Below, piece after piece: positions 28,800 to 39,626 of a stretch of DNA of 41,742 bases. Within the stretch, counting starts at the first letter, position 1. Every line of letters begins with the position of its first letter. The DNA is from Candidatus Methanogaster sp. (GTDB lineage: Archaea > Halobacteriota > Methanosarcinia > Methanosarcinales > Methanogasteraceae), in NCBI GenBank assembly GCA_003194445.1, contig PQXF01000011.1:49201-90942 (forward strand), read 5' to 3'. The translations under genes and the position numbers were made by a program. A model generated the notes under the pieces. That model was given only the letters and a program-made list of their open reading frames with translations, had not been told where the DNA came from and ran no database searches.

Positions 28800-31112
28800 T
28801 CACGCATCCCCAAAACCCTGTGGCTGTGACACCGTCTTCGGCAGTCTGAATCCGAACGTGCTGCCCTCTCCCATCTCGCTCGTCGCCCAGATCGCGCCGC
28901 CGTGTTCGCGGACTATGTTTGCTGCGATTGCAAGACTAAGACCGATGCCCTTGCTCTTATCGACCTGCCAGAACTCCTCGAATATGTGCGCCAGATCATC
29001 GGGAGCGATGCCGATACCAGTATCGGAGACACTGACCTTTATGCAAGTTCCGTGATCGATTGTGGTGACCGATACGCTGCCATCAACCGGTGTGAATTTA
29101 ATCGCATTGCCGAGTAGATTCACAAGAACCTGCTCGATACGATCACGATCCCCATCGATGACGAGCCCGTCCGGGACATCGGCGGTGCATGAGATATTCT
29201 TCTCTTCGGCAACCAGTTTCATATCCGCAACAACGCCGCTGACCAACCCGGACAGGTCCAGTCCGGCGATGGTCAGTTCCAGTTTTCCTGACCGTATCTT
29301 TGACATATCGAGCATGTTGCTGATAAGGCGGGTCATCCGGTCACTGTTTGATACAACCTTTGAAAGAGCGTTTTTCTGCTTTTCGTTCAGTTCTCCAAGC
29401 TTCTCATCAGCCACAAATCCGGCAAACCCCTTGATCGATGTGAGCGGTGTTCGTAGTTCGTGTGATGCGATGTTTAAGAAGTCTGTTTTGAGTTGATCGA
29501 GTTCTCTCAACTCTGCATTTGCGATCTCAAGTTCCGTGTTTGCGCTTATCAGCTCATTGGTCACCTTCGCCAGTTCGGTGACATCCCTGAGCACCTCCAC
29601 ATATCCAGTGACGTTGCCATCCGCGTCATGGAGCGGCGCACCGCACGTCATGATCGAAACGATCCGACCGTTCCCATCGGTGACGTGCGTCTGCCAGCAG
29701 GTGCCAACGGGAGGGTTATCCGAATGATCCCAGAGGCGGCATCGTGTCTCACATTCAGTGCTTGGAAATAGATCATGACAGAACATTCCGGTGGCGTCAT
29801 CTGCGCTGATGCCTGTAAACTCCTCGCAAGCCCGGTTGAACATGGTTATCCTGAAATTATGGTCAACAGCAAAGACGCAGTCGGTCATGCTCTGGAGGAT
29901 GGTTTCGAGTTTGCTCCTCTGATCCTCGAGATCACGGTTGGCGAGAGCGATCTTACCCTCAAGTTTTCTGTGCGTATCCCCTAGTCTGGAGGTCATCTCG
30001 TTGAACCGCCCGGTCAATGTGCCGATCTCATCATCTGATATCACTGGAACCTGTACCGAATAGTCTCCTTTCGCCACTGCTTCGGTCTCTTCGTACAGTT
30101 GCCTGATCGGTTTTATGATCCGCTTCGTGACAAATATGGAGAAGAGGCTGATCAGGATGATGACACTAAACGTAACCGCAATCGCCCGTTCTAAAATCGT
30201 GTGCATCGCAGATAATATCTCATCATGGTCCTGTTCAACGGTCAGAAACCATCCCGGGTCAGGAACCCATACCTGAGCACCGATGACCTTCCTTCCGTTG
30301 CGATCGTAGATGCCGGAACAGTCCTGGCGGACGTCATGCCGTATTACCGGTGGTGTTGCTGATATATCTCTCGAACTGCTGACGAGATTGCCATACCTGT
30401 CGGTCAGGAAAGTGTTTACGGTTTCTCCAAGTCCCTTGCGGTCGCTTATGGTCCGGTGGATCGTGCTTATGTTGATCCTTCCAACCACCACGCCAACCGT
30501 TCTAGTACCAAGGATAAGCGGGGTTGATACAAGCATCGTTGGTTTTTGAAGTGCCGGGGATTCGTATACGTCCGTTATATGCGTTTCGTTTAATCCGGTG
30601 CGGTAATATTCACGCGATGATTTATTATCCCCAAGGGTCTCTCCATTTGTGGACGAAACGATGATCCCTTCTCCATCCAACACGAACACTTCCTCAAAAT
30701 CGCCGGATTCCGCCTTTACAATATCCCCGAATTCCCATATCGTATCCTTTGCCTGTAGATATTCCTTGCTCGATGGATGTGTGGTTCTCATCACCTCTAT
30801 ATTGAAAGCAACTGCTGATGTGCCTGCGAGAACCCTCGCAGCGCTTTTCTGCTCTGCAAGCCATGTATTTATGTAATCCGCTCTCGTCTCCGCCACCGAG
30901 TTCAGGTGCATGATGGCATGATCCTCCATCGACTCGGCCGAGAGGGTGTATGTGTAGTACCCGATGATGCCAAACGGTACGATAGAAATCGCGATGAAGA
31001 GAAGGATCAGCTTGAACTGGAGCCGCATGACATACCCTTTGGTGATGCACCACTTAATTGTTGTTACGGGGCACTGGAGACTTTTTAATTCGTTCTGGTC
31101 GGTTGAAAACAT
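28800..31112 (-). CDS. sensor histidine kinase: TM helix, extracellular Cache-like domain, HAMP, PAS, HisKA, HATPase_c
   Basis: 770 aa; N-terminal TM helix (LKLILLFIAISIVPFGIIGYY) and second TM before HAMP; H-box ASHELRTPLTSIKGF; N, G1 (DTGIGI) and G2 boxes of the ATPase domain. Confidence 0.85.
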   Translation of the reverse strand: MFSTDQNELKSLQCPVTTIKWCITKGYVMRLQFKLILLFIAISIVPFGIIGYYTYTLSAESMEDHAIMHLNSVAETRADYINTWLAEQKSAARVLAGTSAVAFNIEVMRTTHPSSKEYLQAKDTIWEFGDIVKAESGDFEEVFVLDGEGIIVSSTNGETLGDNKSSREYYRTGLNETHITDVYESPALQKPTMLVSTPLILGTRTVGVVVGRINISTIHRTISDRKGLGETVNTFLTDRYGNLVSSSRDISATPPVIRHDVRQDCSGIYDRNGRKVIGAQVWVPDPGWFLTVEQDHDEILSAMHTILERAIAVTFSVIILISLFSIFVTKRIIKPIRQLYEETEAVAKGDYSVQVPVISDDEIGTLTGRFNEMTSRLGDTHRKLEGKIALANRDLEDQRSKLETILQSMTDCVFAVDHNFRITMFNRACEEFTGISADDATGMFCHDLFPSTECETRCRLWDHSDNPPVGTCWQTHVTDGNGRIVSIMTCGAPLHDADGNVTGYVEVLRDVTELAKVTNELISANTELEIANAELRELDQLKTDFLNIASHELRTPLTSIKGFAGFVADEKLGELNEKQKNALSKVVSNSDRMTRLISNMLDMSKIRSGKLELTIAGLDLSGLVSGVVADMKLVAEEKNISCTADVPDGLVIDGDRDRIEQVLVNLLGNAIKFTPVDGSVSVTTIDHGTCIKVSVSDTGIGIAPDDLAHIFEEFWQVDKSKGIGLSLAIAANIVREHGGAIWATSEMGEGSTFGFRLPKTVSQPQGFGDA

Positions 31113-31234
31113 GACGCCAACCCGGCAAATACAAATATGATTAGATGGGTGAAATCAGTGAAACCGGTGTTAATCTGTGGCTAAAATAGTATCAGCCACG
31201 GATTAACGTAGATGAACACCGATTAGCGGCGTAA

Positions 31235-31409
31235 ATTACTTTTCAGATCGACAGTGCTCCATTATAGTAGTTGTGGTTGGATTGCACCAGATCTCGTGAC
31301 TCCCTTTTGCTTGCCTATCGAAGACGAATCCTGCTCTCTTTAACTTCCTGATAACATCTCTTGTGGTCAGGGATGATAATCTCGTCGGGCGGTCACACTT
31401 ATCGGTATT
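31235..31409 (-). pseudogene. HicA-like toxin remnant (no start codon, truncated C-terminus)
   Basis: A minus-strand frame reads ...RDVIRKLKRAGFVFDRQAKGSHEIWCNPTTTT, the HicA core motif (GF...RQ.GSH). There is no in-frame ATG/GTG/TTG between the upstream stop and the motif. The ORF ends ~15 residues earlier than typical HicA and overlaps the 3' end of hicB. Confidence 0.35.
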
Positions 31410-31660
31410 TTAACGTCTTGCATAACGTTTTGTGATGACTCAATCTCATACGGCAGAGGACCGCCATGCTCGACATAGGACTCGATTAGTTTTCTTGCAA
31501 CATCCTGTGCTATCTCCACCGTCTCTGCTATCGACCTTCCCTGTGCGATGAGTCCCTGAAGGGTATTGCCCGTTGCAAGATAGCCACCTTCTTCCGGTTT
31601 TTCTATTTTTATGGATATGATGTATTCAGACATCTTCACCACATCGAGTTGTTTTTGCAC
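31367..31660 (-). CDS. HicB-family antitoxin (UPF0150)
   Basis: YLATGNTLQGLIAQGRSIAETVEIAQDVARKLIESYVEHGGPLP matches the HicB N-domain pattern (YlA..p.lpG...qG.T.eEA..n..eai); the real start is probably MSEYIISI (31633). Confidence 0.55.
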   Translation of the reverse strand: MQKQLDVVKMSEYIISIKIEKPEEGGYLATGNTLQGLIAQGRSIAETVEIAQDVARKLIESYVEHGGPLPYEIESSQNVMQDVKIPISVTARRDYHP

Positions 31661-31704
31661 CGTCGGTAATCGCTTTTCGTATGGCTTTTGGAGATGCTTC
31701 GCAT

Positions 31705-32040
31705 TCAGTTTGGCTCCGCGGATGTGTTGAAATTGGACAATCTCGAGTATAAATCTATGTTACCAGCCACCGCCTGCAGGATCGTGAGAACGCCCGAGGC
31801 AGTGACACGGTCATCACCGCTCACATCGGCAGCGGTGAATGTCGCGGGGTCGCACGGGCGGCTGCCGGTGGCTAATCGAAGCGCGATCGCGGCGTCTGCG
31901 GGGGTGATCTGGTTGTCGCGGCCCGAGGTCGTCCTTGTAGTGGTTCGCAGTACGCAGTAACCGTTTCGGGCGTGGGTGTGGTGATGTCTGCACCATAGCG
32001 GGCGCTTGAGCTTCATGAGCAGTGTCAGCAGAACCAGCAC
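31705..32040 (-). pseudogene. dockerin-module gene fragment
   Basis: The C-terminal 55 aa form a type-I dockerin pair of Ca-binding repeats (DNQITPADAAIALRLATGS ... ADVSGDDRVTASGVLTILQAVAG). The N-terminal part of the ORF is non-protein-like (WCRHHHTHARNGYCVLRTTT). Confidence 0.3.
31775..31925 (-). repeat. ~150-bp direct repeat copy 1 (dockerin-coding segment)
   Basis: Approximately 80-85 percent nucleotide identity to 32945..33100 (e.g. the shared segment ccgcctgcaggatcgtgaga...gtcgcacgggcggctgccggtggcta); the two copies bracket the AT-rich two-gene cassette. Confidence 0.55.
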
Positions 32041-32202
32041 CGTATGAACTTATGCCCCTCCAATGATGTAGCCACTATCTGTCTGCTGGACCGATTTTCG
32101 GGAGAGTTTATTTCATTGCGGCATTTTAATGTTTTATATATTGGATAGATGTGGTCGATAACTTTTAAACCAGAAGGTTACACATATAAAGGTACTAAAT
32201 AA

Positions 32203-32496
32203 ATGGTGAATGAAATGGCAATATCATTAGAAGAAGCTGCAACAATGCTCCATATGAAAAAAGAGACACTTATGGGAGAGGGGTTAAAAGCTTATTTGAA
32301 AGAGAGGGTTCGCGGATTAAAAGTCGAAATTGCAGCAATCTATCTGAGATATGGAGTATCATCTATTGGGGAACTGGACGAGAAGATAAACAGAGGCGAG
32401 TTGAGCGAAAGCGATACTTTTGATGACTTCACGAGACTTGATTATCTGGAAGGGAGAAAAGATAAAATAAGACATATCCTGGAGAAATTAATGTGA
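32203..32496 (+). CDS. small protein, first gene of an AT-rich two-gene cassette (possible antitoxin-like partner)
   Basis: 97 aa; stop overlaps the start of the next ORF by 4 nt (ATGA); GC content far below flanks. Confidence 0.4.
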   Translation: MVNEMAISLEEAATMLHMKKETLMGEGLKAYLKERVRGLKVEIAAIYLRYGVSSIGELDEKINRGELSESDTFDDFTRLDYLEGRKDKIRHILEKLM

Positions 32497-32849
32497 GTTA
32501 CGGTGAACTGGCTGATATTGCCGAAGATGAGTTCTTTGATGTTGTCCTTTACTCACAAATTGTAGCAGGAAAGCTTCGTTTGCACATTGTTGATGAAAGT
32601 TATCTGGATGTTTGGTTCTCTGTGAAAATCAGGGGTAGGTTTGCATATCATTGGGAAAGAAGAGTGATAGACGGGAGCATTTACAGATATGACAACCGGC
32701 CTCACGAAAAATTGAGAGATATGAAAAGCTTTCCGAAGCACTTTCATGACGGAAGCGATGATGCGATAAGAGAAGGAGAATTCGGTGAAGATTCAAAGGA
32801 TATTTTAAGAGCTTTTTTACAGATTGTCAGGGCAAAAATTCATCGTTAA
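32493..32849 (+). CDS. small conserved protein, second gene of the cassette (possible toxin-like component; DUF-type family, identity unverified)
   Basis: 118 aa; His-rich motifs HWERRVIDGSIYRYDNRPHEKL and FPKHFHDGSDD; translational coupling with the upstream gene. Confidence 0.4.
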   Translation: MSYGELADIAEDEFFDVVLYSQIVAGKLRLHIVDESYLDVWFSVKIRGRFAYHWERRVIDGSIYRYDNRPHEKLRDMKSFPKHFHDGSDDAIREGEFGEDSKDILRAFLQIVRAKIHR

Positions 32850-32889
32850 GAGATGAGAATCAGAAACATCATGCTTCCATGGAATCCTG

Positions 32890-33177
32890 TCATCGCGGCT
32901 GGCCCCGATTGTACGATCTCATAAGTTGGAGCGTTATCGTGCCAGCCGCCGCCTGCAGGATCGTGAGAGCGTCGAGGGAAGTGACGTGGTCATCGCCACT
33001 GACATCGGCGGCGGCGAGTGTCGTGGCGTCGCACGGGCGGCTGCCGGTGGCTATCTGGAGCGCGATCACTGCGTCTGCGGGGGTGAGGGTGCCGTCGCGG
33101 TTGAGGTCACTTTTCAGTGCTGGAGATTCTATTATGTGAGAAATCATATTTTGGATAGTCATATAATTTGTATTCAA
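32890..33177 (-). CDS. small dockerin-module protein or gene fragment
   Basis: 95 aa containing a complete dockerin repeat pair (DLNRDGTLTPADAVIALQIATGS ... ADVSGDDHVTSLDALTILQAAAG) but no signal peptide and no catalytic or adhesion module. Confidence 0.35.
   Translation of the reverse strand: MNTNYMTIQNMISHIIESPALKSDLNRDGTLTPADAVIALQIATGSRPCDATTLAAADVSGDDHVTSLDALTILQAAAGTITLQLMRSYNRGQPR
32945..33100 (-). repeat. ~150-bp direct repeat copy 2 (dockerin-coding segment)
   Basis: see copy 1. Confidence 0.55.
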
Positions 33178-33952
33178 ATCCGCTCACGGTGTCGAGCACT
33201 TCTTTAAAAATGTTTTTCATTGGAGACTTGAACCAATAGTTACACATAATAATCTCATTTGTTGGTTGTTGGCTTATCATTAGATTTAAGTTATATTTAT
33301 AAAATAAAATTCCTGACAATTTTGGGGTTTCATCGACAAATTTCATTGCATTCTCGATATATTCTTCTCTTTCCGGGAGCGCCCCCACATTGACTAAAAA
33401 TATAGCATCTCCATCAGTTTCGTCGAAATCAGACAGTTTCTTATCTATCTTAACTCTTAAATTACTGACATCTGAAGTATCGCCACCTGGAAAATACACT
33501 TCTACATATACTTGTTTACCATCGCTGCACACAGCCAGATCAAAATCCCCATCACCCACATTTGGCTCAAATTCATAAGACCATGAGCTCAATTTGAAAG
33601 CCATTGCAATACGCAACTCTTCCAATGTCCTGTAGAACTCTTGATGATCACCCTTGCATTTTACAATTTTTCTTCGTATTGTTTTAATTTCAGATGAATC
33701 TGGATTAAGTTCTTCTACAAAGTTAAGGAGATTTAAAATCAAAACATACTCATATATATAACTTCCTTTTACGATTTGATCCCATACATTCTGTACCGAT
33801 TTATCATTTAACTCGTCTAAAGTTACCGGATCAGAGATAAACCTCATGAGAGGGTGAGCCCCATCTCTTTCTATTTCACTAAAATCAGTCCCAAGCAACA
33901 ATTTTATTATTTTCTTTCTTGACGGCTTTCTATCCACATTAAACACCCCCAA
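33107..33952 (-). CDS. hypothetical protein encoded in an AT-rich island
   Basis: 281-aa ORF; strongly AT-rich codon usage unlike the flanking genes; possible nuclease-like D...EVY segment (GDGDFDLAVCSDGKQVYVEVY), not verifiable by eye. Confidence 0.4.
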   Translation of the reverse strand: MGVFNVDRKPSRKKIIKLLLGTDFSEIERDGAHPLMRFISDPVTLDELNDKSVQNVWDQIVKGSYIYEYVLILNLLNFVEELNPDSSEIKTIRRKIVKCKGDHQEFYRTLEELRIAMAFKLSSWSYEFEPNVGDGDFDLAVCSDGKQVYVEVYFPGGDTSDVSNLRVKIDKKLSDFDETDGDAIFLVNVGALPEREEYIENAMKFVDETPKLSGILFYKYNLNLMISQQPTNEIIMCNYWFKSPMKNIFKEVLDTVSGFEYKLYDYPKYDFSHNRISSTEK

Positions 33953-33990
33953 TTCACCGTTTCCGCTCCGTTACAGAAGATTATCATAAT

Positions 33991-34120
33991 CGAGCACATC
34001 AGCGTTTGTAGATTCCCATGGACTCTCGTACCACAGTACACGCCACAAACGCGGGCGGGCTTATCTTCTGTGTTCGGAATGGGTACAGGAGTTGCCCCGC
34101 CGCTATGGCCGATGTGCTCG
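33991..34120 (-). rRNA. 5S ribosomal RNA
   Basis: The minus-strand sequence CGAGCACATCGGCCATAGCGGCGGGGCAACTCCTGTACCCATTCCGAACACAGAAGATAAGCCCGCCCGCGTTTGTGGCGTGTACTGTGGTACGAGAGTCCATGGGAATC...GCTGATGTGCTCG carries the universal 5S motifs (CCGAACAC, GTACTG.GG, GGGAA) and a terminal helix I. Confidence 0.85.
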
Positions 34121-34204
34121 TATATTTCCATGTATCAACGTACGACCCAGATATCGCCTGAATTGAACCGACCGAAGTCGGCTCATACATCCAGTGATCT
34201 TACT

Positions 34205-37160
<2,956 letters not shown>

Positions 37161-37388
37161 TCCGTCTTACTAATTCAGTAAGCGTCTGGGTCGCACGTAT
37201 ACATGGCTTCATCAAGCGAGATACAGGTATCTCGCTCTTCACCCTTCCATGACAATGCGTATTTGCCATGTGCATCATAAATCACGTAACATAAGAGTGC
37301 TACCAACATACGTTGGGGGCTTGGAAGATAAAGGTTTCGCCGATGTAGCGCCAAAGTGCATAAGGTGGACGGGCGATGACACGGAAGT

Positions 37389-38186
37389 ATGTCCATCAAA
37401 GACGGTAAACTATACATCGTCGGCATCGGTCCAGGGCATCCGGATTTGATGACCGTCGCCGCACAACAGGCAATCCTAAAATCGGAGTACGTAATCGGCA
37501 ATACCACCTATCTCGACCAGATTGAACCGTTGTTGCCCGGAAGGAAGGTCATAACCAGTTCAATGGGCGAGGAGATCGCACGCGCCAGGCACGCTCTGGA
37601 ACTGGCATCCCGGGGAAAGACCGTATCCATCATAAGCGGAGGCGACGCCGGAGTATATGGCATGGCAGGGATCGTGCTGGAGATCGCAGAGAAAGATGGC
37701 GCGGGCGCGGATGCCAAGATGGATGTAGAGGTGGATGCAGATACCCGGATACAGGTGATCCCGGGCGTCACAGCGGCAAATTCGGCAGCGAGTATTCTTG
37801 GATCTCCGATCACAAGCGATTTCGCGACTATCAGTCTGAGCGATCTGCTGACGCCGTGGGAGGATATCGAGAAGAGGATCGCGGGTGCGGCAGCTTCCGA
37901 TTTTGTGATCGTCCTCTACAATCCAAAGAGCAGGAACCGGAATACAAACTTTGGCAGATGCATAGAGATAGTCAGGAGATATAGATCAGGGTCGGTGCCG
38001 GTGGGACTTGTGAAGAACGCATTCAGAGATGTTGAGCGCGCGGTTGTGACAACGCTTGAGCGCGCACTCGATTACGACGACTTCGTCGATATGCACACCA
38101 CCGCGATAATCGGAAACAGCGAATCAAGGATCTGGGGGGAGCGGATCATAACGCCAAGGGGGTATCACAGAAAGTATGACTACTGA
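37389..38186 (+). CDS. cbiH: precorrin-3B/cobalt-factor III C17-methyltransferase (tetrapyrrole methylase family)
   Basis: 265 aa; LYIVGIGPGHPDLMTVAAQQAIL...ISGGDAGVYGMAGIVLE typical of CbiH/CobJ SAM-dependent corrin methyltransferases. Confidence 0.65.
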   Translation: MSIKDGKLYIVGIGPGHPDLMTVAAQQAILKSEYVIGNTTYLDQIEPLLPGRKVITSSMGEEIARARHALELASRGKTVSIISGGDAGVYGMAGIVLEIAEKDGAGADAKMDVEVDADTRIQVIPGVTAANSAASILGSPITSDFATISLSDLLTPWEDIEKRIAGAAASDFVIVLYNPKSRNRNTNFGRCIEIVRRYRSGSVPVGLVKNAFRDVERAVVTTLERALDYDDFVDMHTTAIIGNSESRIWGERIITPRGYHRKYDY

Positions 38187-38733
38187 TCACGAGGACGGGG
38201 GCACGGATGGGGCGAATCGGCAAGTTAACAGCTTCGTTGCAACGAAACTGTTATGTGCCGCCGGATACCAAAATCGCTACATGGACAGGGAGTCAGCAGA
38301 TGGAACCAGGAGATCTATCGACCGGTTCATCGAGTCCGAAATGATCATCTCAGAGAGATTTATAGCATCTGTTTGGAAGATGTTCGGAGATGATTACAAG
38401 ACGATCATCCGGAATCTCTCGCGCGAATATGAAAAACAGATCATCAAGTATCCTTCCGGAGATATGGATATGACCAACATGACCGATGTCGAGAGATTGC
38501 AGTTGCTCTTCGAGTGCGGTGTGAGTGTCGATGATACGAAGGCGGAACTTGCGGAGGATAAACTGATACGGACAACGCGACATTATAGACGCCATCTTGG
38601 AAAGGATGTACGAGAAAAGATTGGCATCTCCGCAGCCAGGGCGGGTCCTGTCGGCATTTGCAATCTGCCTGGTACGGAACGCGACATATCAGAAGGTTTT
38701 GGGTGGGCGGAAGGGTGCTTGCGAGTACGATAA
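38176..38733 (+). CDS. hypothetical protein
   Basis: 185-aa ORF overlapping the cbiH stop by 11 nt; no motif recognised. Confidence 0.35.
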   Translation: MTTDHEDGGTDGANRQVNSFVATKLLCAAGYQNRYMDRESADGTRRSIDRFIESEMIISERFIASVWKMFGDDYKTIIRNLSREYEKQIIKYPSGDMDMTNMTDVERLQLLFECGVSVDDTKAELAEDKLIRTTRHYRRHLGKDVREKIGISAARAGPVGICNLPGTERDISEGFGWAEGCLRVR

Positions 38734-38772
38734 GACCAGGGGACGCACCATACATTTTGATTTAATGGAGGA

Positions 38773-39141
38773 TTGATCATGGCAACAACGGAAATGCTGG
38801 ATAAAATTTTATCAGAGCTTATGAAGACCGGGGGTATCGAATCGAGCGTGATTGCGAGTCGGGATGGGTTGCTCATGGTATCGTGCATGCAGAAAGGTGA
38901 TGACGAGACGTTTGCTGCCATGTCTGCAACGATGCTCGGCGCTGCGGAAACCGCATCCACAGAACTGGAAAAAGGAATACCTGACCGGGTAATTGTTGAA
39001 TCGAACAACGGAAAATTGATTGCGATCGGTGCCGGACCAAAAGCACTGGTCGTGGTACTCACCCCGCCAGAGGTTAGTCTCGGACTTGTGCTCGTGGAAC
39101 TTAGCAATGCAGCAGATGAGATTAAGAAAATTCTTACCTGA
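38773..39141 (+). CDS. Roadblock/LC7 (MglB-like) domain protein
   Basis: 122 aa; ...GIESSVIASRDGLLMVS...DETFAAMSATMLGAAE...KLIAIGAGPKALVVVL pattern typical of roadblock/LC7 alpha-beta-alpha fold proteins. Confidence 0.6.
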   Translation: MIMATTEMLDKILSELMKTGGIESSVIASRDGLLMVSCMQKGDDETFAAMSATMLGAAETASTELEKGIPDRVIVESNNGKLIAIGAGPKALVVVLTPPEVSLGLVLVELSNAADEIKKILT

Positions 39142-39152
39142 GGGCGATTATC

Positions 39153-39626
39153 TTGTGGATTGAATTGAACGGATGGATGGCAAAACTCCGGTTTTCTGCC
39201 TGCCATCTAATACCATACCATCAGAAATGCGGGAGACTGCACGGGCATACGTATGCAGTGAGCGTGAAGATACACGGAACGCGGAGTGATGAGTTTATCA
39301 TCGATTTCGAACTCTTAAAGGAGTTGATTGCCAAGATATGCAGCAGTCTCGACCACCGCGTCATCATCGCCAGAAACGACCCTCGCATAAAGATCAGAAC
39401 GGAGGGCGACGGCATAATCGTTGATATCGGCGAGAAAAACTACCGGTTTCCGGCAGATGATGTCGTCTTTATTCCGACCGATTCAACGAGCGCAGAGAGC
39501 CTGAGTGAGTATGTCGCATCCAGGATCTCGTCCCGGATGGGTCCGAATGTAAGCCAGATAGAGGTGCGGATCGATGAGGGAATCGGGCAGGGCGCAGGAT
39601 GCATCTTGGATCTCGAGGCGGCATGA
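39153..39626 (+). CDS. 6-pyruvoyl-tetrahydropterin synthase family protein (PTPS/QueD-like)
   Basis: 157 aa; FSACHLIPYHQKCGRLHGHTY zinc-binding His motif and DF..LK core of the PTPS fold. Confidence 0.65.
   Translation: MWIELNGWMAKLRFSACHLIPYHQKCGRLHGHTYAVSVKIHGTRSDEFIIDFELLKELIAKICSSLDHRVIIARNDPRIKIRTEGDGIIVDIGEKNYRFPADDVVFIPTDSTSAESLSEYVASRISSRMGPNVSQIEVRIDEGIGQGAGCILDLEAA

Noticed and set aside
37161-37388. Possible 16S gene or tRNA between the 23S gene and cbiH
   Set aside because: Only ~230 nt are available; no 16S signature or tRNA cloverleaf was seen, only leader/processing hairpins.
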